Source: a bacterium (GTDB lineage Bacteria > Actinomycetota > Acidimicrobiia > Acidimicrobiales > CATQHL01). From it: 64,000 bases of DNA. Position 1 is the first letter of the stretch. Each line of letters opens with the position of its first letter. A program made the translations under genes and the position numbers. Shown piece by piece: positions 9,388 through 18,740 of this stretch. Where the stretch lies: contig JAPOVS010000054.1 of assembly GCA_026708055.1 (NCBI GenBank), positions 61,697-125,696 on the forward strand, written 5' to 3'. The notes below the pieces were generated by a model that saw nothing but the letters and a program-made list of their open reading frames with translations, ran no database searches and was not told where the DNA came from.

Positions 9388-10419
9388 ATGCTGCGCGATC
9401 TGCTGTGGGAGCACCGGTGGTGGAACCGTCAGGCGCCGCGGCGTGACCGAATTTGGTGCGCTGTGCGCCAGGCCGTCGTGCTGGCAGCTCTGGGGGTGGG
9501 GCTTACGGCGGGCATCGCCGCTGCCAGCGACGACGAGGGCGGCACCGCGGATATCGGAATCAAGGTTGGCTGCGCCGACCAGCTGCGGCCCCCCGTTGAC
9601 GTTGAGACGCGCTTCGGGGGGTCTGACATCGGTGCCGATTGGTACCTGATCTGCGCGCTCCGCAACACCGAGACCCGGTCCCGGTGGGTGTCGGTGGTCA
9701 CATCGGGCAACATCACAGCGGACTCGGAGACGGTGGAGGGGGTCAGCCTCGGAACCGAGGCCGACGATTGCACCGTCTATGTGCCCACGGGCGCCAAGGC
9801 GGGACCCCCGCCGGTTCAGTGCGCCAACGTTCAGCTGCCCGCCGCCAAGCCGGGGGTTGTTTCAAAATTCCGCACCGCCGTCTACGTGGGCCTGCCCGAA
9901 CTCCGCCGAGTGAGCCCATCGTTCCCCGCCGACAGTGCCTTTGCCTGCACCCATGCGCTCATCGACGAGCACTTCAAGGGCTGGAATGTGGGATGCGGAT
10001 TCGACTTCGACGACGAAGCGGGCACCGTCGACGGGCGTTTCTACGTCCGCTGCGACACCCGCACCCTTGAGGCTTTCGACCCCGGTATCTGGACTTGCGG
10101 CACCGACGGGCTCGTGTATGGAACGCCGCTTCCGCAGGCTGCGCTAGTCCATATCCCGCTGTACTGCGACGCTGCGGTGCAGGGGACTTTCACCCTTTCG
10201 GTCACTGCCCACTCCCCTGTGCAGCGCACCGACTACAACGCGGCGTACAGCGTCACCAGCGACGTATGCCGCGTGGCGAAGGACACCAAGCGGGCCGCCG
10301 AGTTGAACGTCGCCAACGCCGTGCTCGACGCGCGGATCGACGGGCTCGAGGCCGAACTCCGAAGCAACTGCTCCGAGATCAAGCGTCTGGGCCACACTCC
10401 CGACAGCGGCCGCTGCTGA
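9388..10419 (+). CDS. orphan membrane-anchored/secreted Cys-rich protein with C-terminal coiled coil
   Basis: N-terminal hydrophobic segment AVVLAALGVGLTAGIAAA, 14 Cys by my count, and C-terminal heptad-like AELNVANAVLDARIDGLEAELRS. No family recognised. Confidence 0.55.
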   Translation: MLRDLLWEHRWWNRQAPRRDRIWCAVRQAVVLAALGVGLTAGIAAASDDEGGTADIGIKVGCADQLRPPVDVETRFGGSDIGADWYLICALRNTETRSRWVSVVTSGNITADSETVEGVSLGTEADDCTVYVPTGAKAGPPPVQCANVQLPAAKPGVVSKFRTAVYVGLPELRRVSPSFPADSAFACTHALIDEHFKGWNVGCGFDFDDEAGTVDGRFYVRCDTRTLEAFDPGIWTCGTDGLVYGTPLPQAALVHIPLYCDAAVQGTFTLSVTAHSPVQRTDYNAAYSVTSDVCRVAKDTKRAAELNVANAVLDARIDGLEAELRSNCSEIKRLGHTPDSGRC

Positions 10420-10504
10420 GGGCCACGGAGCCGGTTCACAGACGCCTGCGCCTCCGCGAGGCGACAGATTGTCCACCTAGCCTCGGTGGATTATCATTTG
10501 CGAC

Positions 10505-11725
10505 ATGCTGGATTGTCCACTGCAGCGTCTCGTAGGCCCGAGCCTGCGGTCTCGCCTCTCGGTGATGCCCGCGGTGGTGGTAACCGGCGCGCGGCAGACG
10601 GGCAAGAGCACCCTGGTTCAGGAACTCATGCCCGGGCCGCGCCGCTACTTCTCCTTCGACGACTTGGATGTGGTCGACGCGGCCCGCCGCGACCCTGAGG
10701 TCCTAGTGGGGGGAAGCGAGCCGGTGACGCTCGACGAGGTGCAGCGCGAACCCGGCGTCCTGAGCGCGGTGAAGCGGGCCATCGACCGTGAGCGCACACC
10801 GGGGCGGTTCCTGCTGACGGGGTCGGCCAACCTGCTGTTGATGCGGCGCGTCTCGGAGTCGCTCGCTGGCCGGGCGAGCTATCTCCTGCTCTCTCCGATG
10901 ACCAGGCGCGAGCAGCGGGGGAGGGGACGGGGCGGCATCTGGAGTGAACTTCTGGACGCCGACGAGCGGCATTGGTCCGAGATCGTGGCGATGCAGCCTG
11001 AGGAACCCGAGGATTGGAAAGAACTCGCGGTCCGGGGTGGATTCCCAGTGCCAGCGTTGGAACTCGGGACGCCGGATCAGCGGGCGATCTGGTTCGGCGG
11101 CTACGTGACGACGTACCTGGAGCGCGATCTGCAGAACCTCTCGGCCGTCTCAGCGCTCCCGGACTTCCGGCGGTTGATGCGGGCCGTGTGCCTGCGACTG
11201 GGCGGGTTGGTCAACAAGACCGAGTTGGGGCGCGACGTCGCGCTGCCGCAGACGACGGTGCATCGCTACCTCAACCTGCTCGAGACGTCGCTGCTCCTAG
11301 TACGCGTCCCCGCCTACGCGGTCAACCGCACCAAGCGTCTCATCAAGTCGCCGAAGCTCTACTGTGCCGACATCGGCCTGGCGTTGCATCTGGCGCAGGT
11401 CGCCCCCAATGGCGCGCACTTGGAGAACCTCGTTCTGGCTGACCTGCTGGCCTGGCGCGCCACCCGCACCGATCACGCAGAGGTCTGCTACTGGCGCACC
11501 ACGGCTGGAGAAGAGGTCGACTTCGTCGTGGAGGTGGGCGGCCGCCTGCTCCCGATCGAGGTCAAGACGACGCAACGTCCCACCCTTCGCGACATCAGGC
11601 ACCTTCGGTCCTTCCGGGCGGAATACCCCGAAGCGGCGCGACCCGGCTTGCTGCTCCACACCGGCACCGCAGTCGAGTGGCTGGCCCCCGACGTCCTCGC
11701 CGCACCCTGGTGGCGGATTCTGTAG
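10505..11725 (+). CDS. AAA+ ATPase (AAA_14 + DUF4143 type)
   Basis: Walker A VTGARQTGKST. The overall architecture is typical of DUF4143 ATP-binding proteins. Confidence 0.75.
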   Translation: MLDCPLQRLVGPSLRSRLSVMPAVVVTGARQTGKSTLVQELMPGPRRYFSFDDLDVVDAARRDPEVLVGGSEPVTLDEVQREPGVLSAVKRAIDRERTPGRFLLTGSANLLLMRRVSESLAGRASYLLLSPMTRREQRGRGRGGIWSELLDADERHWSEIVAMQPEEPEDWKELAVRGGFPVPALELGTPDQRAIWFGGYVTTYLERDLQNLSAVSALPDFRRLMRAVCLRLGGLVNKTELGRDVALPQTTVHRYLNLLETSLLLVRVPAYAVNRTKRLIKSPKLYCADIGLALHLAQVAPNGAHLENLVLADLLAWRATRTDHAEVCYWRTTAGEEVDFVVEVGGRLLPIEVKTTQRPTLRDIRHLRSFRAEYPEAARPGLLLHTGTAVEWLAPDVLAAPWWRIL

Positions 11726-11802
11726 CCCGCCACCTGTGAGGTCGAGCCCCGAAGGGCCCTCCTCCCTTGGCAATTCTTGCCAACGCACTACAATCGGCGC
11801 GC

Positions 11803-12036
11803 ATGACGACGATGAACGTCTCACTTCCCGACGAACTCAAGACATTCGTCGACTCCCAAGTCAACCTTGGCCACTACGGCTCGACGAGTGAGTATGTGCG
11901 TGATCTGATCCGACGGGACCACGACCGCCGCCGGCTCCGAGCCGCGCTCCTCGAAGGAGTTCGCACCCTCGTCGTCGGCACCGCAGACGCCGCCTACTTC
12001 GAGTCACTCCGACACCAAGCCCAGGTCGAGGCCTGA
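11803..12036 (+). CDS. parD: type II antitoxin, ParD/CopG ribbon-helix-helix family
   Basis: MNVSLPDELKTFVDSQV..GHYGSTSEYVRDLIRRD is a ParD-type RHH motif. Confidence 0.8.
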   Translation: MTTMNVSLPDELKTFVDSQVNLGHYGSTSEYVRDLIRRDHDRRRLRAALLEGVRTLVVGTADAAYFESLRHQAQVEA

Positions 12037-12045
12037 ACTCAATCG

Positions 12046-12354
12046 GTGCAGGTCGACCTTCGCGCCCTCGCCGCCGCCGACATTGAGGCCGCGGTCGATC
12101 ACTACCGAGACGAAGCCGGCCCGCAGGTAGCTCTCGACTTCGTGGACGCGCTCGCGGCCGCCATCAACCATCTCCGCAACCATCCGAACAGCGGCTCCCT
12201 CCGGTTTGCGTTCGAACTCGAGATCCCGGAGTTGCGGAGTTGGCCTCTCCCGAAGTTTCCCTACCTCATCTTCTACGTGCCTGAGGACGGCCGCGTCGAC
12301 ATCTGGCGCGTCCTGCATGCCAGGCGAGACATCCCGGGCCTACCTGTCGTCTGA
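12046..12354 (+). CDS. parE: type II toxin, ParE/RelE family
   Basis: Lies 10 nt downstream of parD. Contains FPYLIFYVPEDGRVDIWRVLHARRDIP. Confidence 0.8.
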   Translation: MQVDLRALAAADIEAAVDHYRDEAGPQVALDFVDALAAAINHLRNHPNSGSLRFAFELEIPELRSWPLPKFPYLIFYVPEDGRVDIWRVLHARRDIPGLPVV

Positions 12355-12434
12355 TCCTCTCCGATGAACCGGGTGCCGACAGGGGCTGGAGGCGCATGCG
12401 CCAAGGCGTGTCCCTCAGAGTGTACGATTCGTAC

Positions 12435-12686
12435 ATGAATGAGGTGGCGGTAAGCGAGGCGCGAAACCGGCTGGCCGAGGTGATCGAGGAGACCCGCCGC
12501 TCAGGCGAGCCGATCTCGGTGACGCGGCGCGGTCGGCGGGTCGCCGTGATCCTGGACTCCGACGCATTCGACCGGCTCGTCGACAGTGCGGACGACGCCG
12601 CTGATCGCCGCGAGCTCGAGGCCGCGCGGCGCGACGACGACTACGTGCCCTGGGATGAGGTGAAGGCTGCGCTGGGACTCGAGTGA
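12435..12686 (+). CDS. type II antitoxin, Phd/YefM family
   Basis: VAVSEARNRLAEVIEETRRSGEPISVTRRGRRVAVILDSDAFDRL. Confidence 0.8.
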   Translation: MNEVAVSEARNRLAEVIEETRRSGEPISVTRRGRRVAVILDSDAFDRLVDSADDAADRRELEAARRDDDYVPWDEVKAALGLE

Positions 12687-12949
12687 GCCGCTACACCGTC
12701 GAGATCGCCCGCCGGGCGGTCAAGGCGATCGCCCAGCTTCCGCGCGTCGAGCAGCAGCGGGTTCGAGCAGCGATTGACCTGCTGGCCGACGAGCCGCGGC
12801 CTTCGGGCTGCGTCGCGCTGGCAGGCGAGGAGTCCGTGTACCGGGTACGCGTCGGCGACTACCGGATCCTCTACGAGGTCATCGACGCCCGCCTGCTGAT
12901 TCACGTCGTCCGCGTCGCCCATCGCCGCGAGGCCTACCGGCGCCGCTGA
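12683..12949 (+). CDS. type II toxin, RelE/ParE family
   Basis: GTGA overlap with the antitoxin stop. Contains YRVRVGDYRILYEVIDARLLIHVVRVAHRREAY. Confidence 0.8.
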   Translation: MSRYTVEIARRAVKAIAQLPRVEQQRVRAAIDLLADEPRPSGCVALAGEESVYRVRVGDYRILYEVIDARLLIHVVRVAHRREAYRRR

Positions 12950-13360
12950 ACCCAATCAGAAGGCCGACGACGACTCCGAGGCCGGAGGTGCAGCCGATCG
13001 CTTCGGCCCTCAGTGTCCGGCGCAGTCGCTGGACGAGAGTTCTCCACCACGGTGGGGAACGATTCTGCGGACCGCTGGACGGGTTCAAGATCTCGCTGCT
13101 CGCGTCGGCCTGGGCGACTGCGCGGAAATCCGGCGAGGCCGCGGCCAGGCATTTCAGCACCGGCCCGAACGAGCCGTGACCCGCTTTCCGGTCACCCTTG
13201 CCGATGATGTTGGAAACGCCAGTCAGCTTCCCCTGCCGTGCAGTGGGGGAGAGGTGAGGCCCGTGTCGGCGGTTCCTGCCTCGGCGGCGGTGGAGCCCGG
13301 TCCGCACCGTCGCAGCCGCCTCTCCGCGGGCGGGGTCCTGCGGGGGCGTAGAGTGGGGTT

Positions 13361-14404
13361 GTGACAGTTGTAGCGCCACCGGTCGGGGGGCCTTCGCTGC
13401 GGGACGCGGGGAGGGCGGCTGAGGTGTTGGCGGACGCGGGGGTCGCGGTGGTGTTGCTGTACGGGTCGGTGGCCCGCGGCGATCAGCACGCCGACAGCGA
13501 CATCGACTTGGTGGCGGTGCTCGACGATCTGGACTACTCCACGCGTTGGCAGCGGCGGTGCGAGCTGGAGGGGTTGGCGACCGGGGCCGCGGGGCGGCGG
13601 GTGGAGGTGTTCGTCACCGACCGCCCGGAGTGGGAGCACCGAACGAGCCGGGTGGCCACCTCGTTCGAGGCGGGCATCGCGGACGACGCCGTCGTGTTGT
13701 GCGACCGCCCGCCCGACGGCGTGAGGTGGACCAAGGAGATCGGCATGCCGGCCAGCGACTTCGACGAGGCCGTGGCCTCACTGCGCAACACGAACCAGGC
13801 CCTGGGCGAACTTCGCGACGACCTTGAGCCCGGTGGGAACGAACGGGATGAGCGCGCCGCCGGCGACGCGTTCGAGTATTCGGTTGCCGTGGCCATTCGC
13901 CTCCGGGGCGTGTGTTCCCGTTCGCAGTCGGCGTTGGAGAACGCTTTGAAGGCGCTGATCCACCTCTTCGGAGACGATGCGCCGGGGAAACTCCACGCCC
14001 TTGACGAACTGTTGGCGAAACTGCCCGATCCCCCCCAGCGGGCCGCCGCGGCCATCCTGGAGGGGCTGGACCTGCCGGTGGTCTCCGAGTGGCGCAAGCG
14101 GGGCACCTACCCGGCCGACTACCCGGAGATCAGCCTGCCGGACCTGGTGCTCGCCGCCGGTGCCTTCGCCTCGGTGGCCTGCGCCCTCAGCAGGCTGACT
14201 GCTCGGCACGTAGCCGAGACGGCCCCCGCCGCCGAGGCCGGCGCGTTGCCCGCTCCCGGTACCCCGGCCCGAGAGGCCGCGAGGGCGGCGAGGCGTTGCG
14301 CGGGCATCGAGCAGATCCTGGCGGGCTGGGACTTCACACGGGAGACGCCGACCGCGCAGATGGGCATCCCCGAGCCGCCCGAACTGCCTGATCCGCGGGG
14401 CTGA
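13361..14404 (+). CDS. fused minimal nucleotidyltransferase (MNT) + HEPN-like domain protein
   Basis: NTase motif LLYGSVARGDQHADSDIDLVAVLDD. The C-terminal helical region ENALKALIHLFGDDAPGKLHALDELLAKL resembles HEPN. Confidence 0.7.
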   Translation: MTVVAPPVGGPSLRDAGRAAEVLADAGVAVVLLYGSVARGDQHADSDIDLVAVLDDLDYSTRWQRRCELEGLATGAAGRRVEVFVTDRPEWEHRTSRVATSFEAGIADDAVVLCDRPPDGVRWTKEIGMPASDFDEAVASLRNTNQALGELRDDLEPGGNERDERAAGDAFEYSVAVAIRLRGVCSRSQSALENALKALIHLFGDDAPGKLHALDELLAKLPDPPQRAAAAILEGLDLPVVSEWRKRGTYPADYPEISLPDLVLAAGAFASVACALSRLTARHVAETAPAAEAGALPAPGTPAREAARAARRCAGIEQILAGWDFTRETPTAQMGIPEPPELPDPRG

Positions 14405-14683
14405 TCCCCGCCCCCGGAGTCGACGCCGGAACTCTGACGCCGCGGGCGGCAGCCACCTCGGCGGCGACCGTGATGGCGGCCACCCGCTCCTATCGCCGGA
14501 AATGTCCGTTATGTAAACTAGGGGGCGGAAACACACACGCCGCCGGCCGGCACGTGCGGCAGCTAGTGGCCGGTAGCCGGCGGCGGGGGGAGGCCCGGAC
14601 CCTGCCGCACCGCCCGCAGCGCCCGCGGCGTGCCGCGGCGTGCCCCTTTCTCACGCACATCGAGGCGGCCCTAGACTGACGCC

Positions 14684-15676
14684 ATGGCAGTCGTTGCGCC
14701 GGTCGCCGCGCCGACGAGGGCTGATGCTGCCGTGGCGGCGGCGGTCCTGGTCGACAAGGGGGTAGCCGAGGTGCTGCTGTTCGGGTCGGTGGCCCGCGGC
14801 GTCGCCGCCGCCGACAGCGACATCGACCTGGTGGCGATCTTCGCGGATCTGGACTACTCCGAACGCGCCGCCCGCCGCCGCGAGTTGGAGGCAGCGGCCC
14901 GGGCGGTGGTCCCCTGGCCCGTGCAGGTGCATGTGACGGATCGCCCGGAGTGGCGTGCACGCGTCGAACAGGTGTCGACGTCCTTCGAGCGCCACGCCTC
15001 CAGCGAGTCGGTTTGGGTGGCGGGCGCGACCAGCGAGGGCCCTGTGGATTGGGGCAAGGAGATGGTGTTGCCCATGAGTGACCACCAAGAAGCGCTCCGC
15101 TACTTCGATGCCAGCGTCTTGCCGTGCTTGCAGGGAGTGGCAACAGCGTGCATCCGCCCCGCCATCGAGGACGTCCCGCATGAGTCGTCGGTTCCGGTGG
15201 AAAAACGCCGGCTCAATCGGATGGTGAAACTCTGCGCCGACGCCGCTCTCGCTGCGGAGACGTCGGTGAAGACCATGGCGAAGCTCTACAGCAGCCCGAC
15301 GCCGACCGACAAGGAGCTAAAGCGCAACGGGCACACCATCGGCGAGGTCCTCCAGCGCCACGTTCCTGAGCCACACTGCGGCGAGATGCAGGCGGCGTTC
15401 GAGCGCCTCGGCGTCGATCTGGAGGAACTGTCGTCGTGGCGCAGCAAGGCGGCCTATGCCGACGACGCCGACGTGGTGCGCGCCGAAGCGGACCGTTTCG
15501 CCCCCTCCTACGCGTCCATGGCGTCAGAGATCACCGGCCTGGTCGCTGCGCACCTGCGCCGCTCGCTCGGCCGCGCCGCCGAGGCGGCCGTGACTGAACG
15601 AGACTCCCTGGCCGAGGTGATCGCAGGCCACGATGTACGTCTCGGCCTCCCGGCCCCAGTCGGTCTCGACATCTAG
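14684..15676 (+). CDS. fused minimal nucleotidyltransferase + HEPN-like domain protein (paralog of 13361-14404)
   Basis: LLFGSVARGVAAADSDIDLVAIFADLDY. Shares the VTDRPEW..R...V.TSFE block and the N-terminus M(T/A)VVAP with the upstream gene. Confidence 0.7.
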   Translation: MAVVAPVAAPTRADAAVAAAVLVDKGVAEVLLFGSVARGVAAADSDIDLVAIFADLDYSERAARRRELEAAARAVVPWPVQVHVTDRPEWRARVEQVSTSFERHASSESVWVAGATSEGPVDWGKEMVLPMSDHQEALRYFDASVLPCLQGVATACIRPAIEDVPHESSVPVEKRRLNRMVKLCADAALAAETSVKTMAKLYSSPTPTDKELKRNGHTIGEVLQRHVPEPHCGEMQAAFERLGVDLEELSSWRSKAAYADDADVVRAEADRFAPSYASMASEITGLVAAHLRRSLGRAAEAAVTERDSLAEVIAGHDVRLGLPAPVGLDI

Positions 15677-15688
15677 TGGGGCTCTGTC

Positions 15689-17458
15689 TCAACAGCCGCC
15701 GTCGGCGAACGGATTGGAGTTTCTGGGCGGCGTGAGGCTCGGATTCATGAGGAAGTCGCTCCGGCACAGGCCGCCGAACTCTCCCATCAGATTCGACATG
15801 AGTGTGAGATTCCCCACGTTGAACAGCAGATGCCAAAGCGACGCCCCGTCGGTGACGTTGTCGGTGTACCAGGCGGGCACCTCCCCGGCCAGCCCACTGC
15901 GCAGGATGCTCTTCTCCTGCTCGGTGGGCGCATCGGGAGTGCCCGCGCAGGAGGACCCCGGTCCGTAGTACGTCAAAGGGGCTTCGGGAAAACGAGGTGC
16001 ATCATCGTGTCGGCGATGACCTCCTCGCCGCCTGCCCGGCAGCCGGGATAGTTGACGGCGAAGTACAGCTGAGTCGCCCCCCAGGCCCTGTTCGGTGTTA
16101 ATGCGGTGGCCTGGTCGTACACGTGAGCCAACTCGTGGACGCCGACGTGCAGCAACTGTTGCATGGTGCGCTCGCCCAGGTCGGTACCGAGTGCTACCTG
16201 CGATGTCCGGCACTCGAACGTACCCGCATCGAAGAACCCACAACTGACACTGGCGACCCCACCGGATGCCGCCTCGAAAAGTCGGACATCGTCGCGGACG
16301 TGGTCCCAGGCGATGCGCAACCACGGGAACTCCCCCTCGTTCCGGCGCACGACATCATCCATGGCCTCGCGGAACGGACCGGGGTCGATCCTCCATTCCT
16401 CGCTGCTCCAGTCGGGCACGGTGAGAGTGGGGATCACCGTCGGCCGGCCATCCAGCCCCTTCGCTCCCGGTGCCAGGACTTCCGCAGGCGTCAAACGTTG
16501 CTCGGTGTCGCCGACGCCGAGTTGCCCGTAACGATTGTCGCCCCAGCACAGAACCTCGCGCTCCGCCGTGACTGCGCAGGCATGCGAGCCGTCCCAGAAA
16601 GTGCGGCTGCCGACGCTGATCGCGACCACATCGCTGACGTTTCGCAGCTGCTCAGCCCGCGATCTCTGCTCCCTCGTGCCGATGCCCAGTTCGCCCGCGG
16701 CGTTCGCTCCCCAGCAGGAGACCGTCCCGTCCCGGTGCAGCGCGCAGGAGCTGTAGTGGCCCGTGTCCACGGCCACCGCGTCGGTGATGCCGAGCACCGC
16801 GGTTGGCGAGAGTCCTCGTGCCGTCCGCCTTCCTGCACCGAGCAGTCCACTCCGGGAGACCACCGTGGCGCCCCCGTGGAAGTACGCCCTGTCGCTCCCC
16901 CAGCAGGAAATCCCGCCCGACCTCTGCACAGCACAAGTGAAAGTACTGCTCGGTGACACCGAGACCGCATCGTCGATACGGCGCACCTTCACCGGCGAGA
17001 GACGCTCCGACCTCGTTCCGTCGCCGAGTTGTCCGTCGTCGTTGTAACCCCAGCAGGAGGTGGAAGCTGCCCGCCGCGACCAGAGCAGCGCCGGGTTCCG
17101 GCGGAGGTACCTGCGGCGTCTCGGACGGACTCGCGGCGGGCGCAGGGACGGTCACCGTCAGGGTTGAACTCGCCAGCCAGGGCCCCACGCCGGCGGTGGC
17201 GGGGAAGAACCGGCGCGACGGCAACAGCCGCTCGCCCCACGAGCCGTCGGCGTCGCGCTGCTGCAAGCCGAACTCGACGCGACCATCATCCAGGCGCCGC
17301 GCCACGATGCGCACGTCCACCTCCGACGCCCCGCCGGCCGACTCCTCAACGCCCTCCTGCGCCGAACCAGCCGAAGGGATCGCACTGACGGTCAGCACGG
17401 CGATCAACACCGCGGCCGCCGGGCGGACGAACCGCTGAGCGATTGACGACCTCCGCAT
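15689..17458 (-). pseudogene. secreted N-module + RCC1 propeller + HExxH C-terminal domain protein, disrupted by two 1-nt frameshifts
   Basis: Three ORF pieces (16652-17458, 15973-16992, 15689-16324) together are colinear with the 23287-25890 product. The frameshifts are near 17060 (ttccacCtcctgctgg) and near 15998 (gttttccc). Confidence 0.75.
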
Positions 17459-17537
17459 GCTCAGTAACCCCCTCTCGGTGCTGCAGGCAAGGGCATCGCC
17501 TGATCGACGATTGCTTCCGTGACCTCCGCCGGCTTGC

Positions 17538-18740
17538 CTATTGACCCTTCCGGCGGTTGGTCCAGTAGTGCTTGCGGATGTGTACGGCGACGTTGCGGGG
17601 GTTGTCGCGCCAGCACTGCAGCGGGTCGTAGCCGTCGTGCGCCAGGCACATGTTGCACGAGACGCACGCGACTCCTCCGGTGCGGCCGGCCTCCAGCTTG
17701 CGCACCAGGTCCGGTTCCCTGATGAAAGGCCGTGCTATCGCCAGGAAGTCGGCGTCGCCTGAGGCGAGGATGTCCGTCATCGTCTCTGTCGTCCGCACGC
17801 CTCCCACGAGAATTACCGGCAGCCCCGACGCCTCCTTGACGGCGCGGGCGAACGGTCGGTAGTAGGCCTCGGCGCCCGCCGGCTGCCTGGCGCGCTGGAC
17901 CAGCAGGTTGCGCCACGCCTGGGCGCGGTCCACCGCCACATAGGGACGGATGTTCTCGAAGTAGCTGCGCATCACGCCGTAGGTGGTCTCGAAGCCGTCG
18001 ATGCCTCGCTCGGCCAGGCCGCGGGCCCGCGCGAGCGACTCGTCGCGCTGCAGGCCCCCTGCCACCGAGTCCTCCACGCTCAGGCGGGCGGTCACGGGGA
18101 GGTCGCTGCCGACCGCGGAACGCACCGCTTCGGCCACCTCGAAGAAGAACCGGCTGCGCCGCTCGGCGTCGCCGCCCCAGCGGTCGTCGCGGGTGTTGGC
18201 GTGCGGCGAGCAGAACTCCGAGATGAGGTAGCCGTTGCCGCCGTGGATGTGGATGCCGTCGAATCCCGCCTCCGCGGCCCGACGGGCGGCCGCCCCGAAC
18301 GCCTCCACGAGACTGCGGATCTCCCCGTCGCTCAACTCTTCGGGCTGGATGGTGTACATGGCGTTGGGCACCGGCGACGGCGCCACCGGCACAATGGCCG
18401 ACATCATCGTCTGGCTCCCGCAGTGGCCGATCTGGGCGAAGATCCGCCCGCCGGCCTCGTGGACCGCCTCGGTCGCCCGCCGGAGGGCGGGGATGACCCG
18501 ATCGTCGTGGATCCCCGTCTGGTTGGCGCTGGCCTGCCCGCGGGGGTCCACGTACATGTGCCCGGTCAGCGCCAGCCCCGCTCCCCCCTCGGCCAAGCGC
18601 CGGTACAACTCCACGAAGGAGTCGTAGATCACCCCGCTCGGCGAGGCCATCGTCTCCGAGGTGGCCCCGCGCACGATCCGGTTGGGAATATCCAAGGACC
18701 CGATCCGGCCCGGTCGGAGGTAAAGGGGCGCGGAGGTCAA
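17538..18740 (-). CDS. NADH:flavin oxidoreductase, Old Yellow Enzyme family
   Basis: OYE/2,4-dienoyl-CoA reductase-like TIM barrel (IHIHGGNGYLISEF) with a C-terminal Cys cluster ACVSCNMCLAHD. Confidence 0.8.
   Translation of the reverse strand: MTSAPLYLRPGRIGSLDIPNRIVRGATSETMASPSGVIYDSFVELYRRLAEGGAGLALTGHMYVDPRGQASANQTGIHDDRVIPALRRATEAVHEAGGRIFAQIGHCGSQTMMSAIVPVAPSPVPNAMYTIQPEELSDGEIRSLVEAFGAAARRAAEAGFDGIHIHGGNGYLISEFCSPHANTRDDRWGGDAERRSRFFFEVAEAVRSAVGSDLPVTARLSVEDSVAGGLQRDESLARARGLAERGIDGFETTYGVMRSYFENIRPYVAVDRAQAWRNLLVQRARQPAGAEAYYRPFARAVKEASGLPVILVGGVRTTETMTDILASGDADFLAIARPFIREPDLVRKLEAGRTGGVACVSCNMCLAHDGYDPLQCWRDNPRNVAVHIRKHYWTNRRKGQ

Noticed and set aside
12950-13360. About 400-bp gap with several short overlapping ORFs (for example 12879-13379 on the minus strand, 166 aa)
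   Set aside because: There are no recognisable motifs, the frames conflict, and the composition resembles non-coding GC-rich DNA. It may be a decayed gene remnant, but I cannot support a call.
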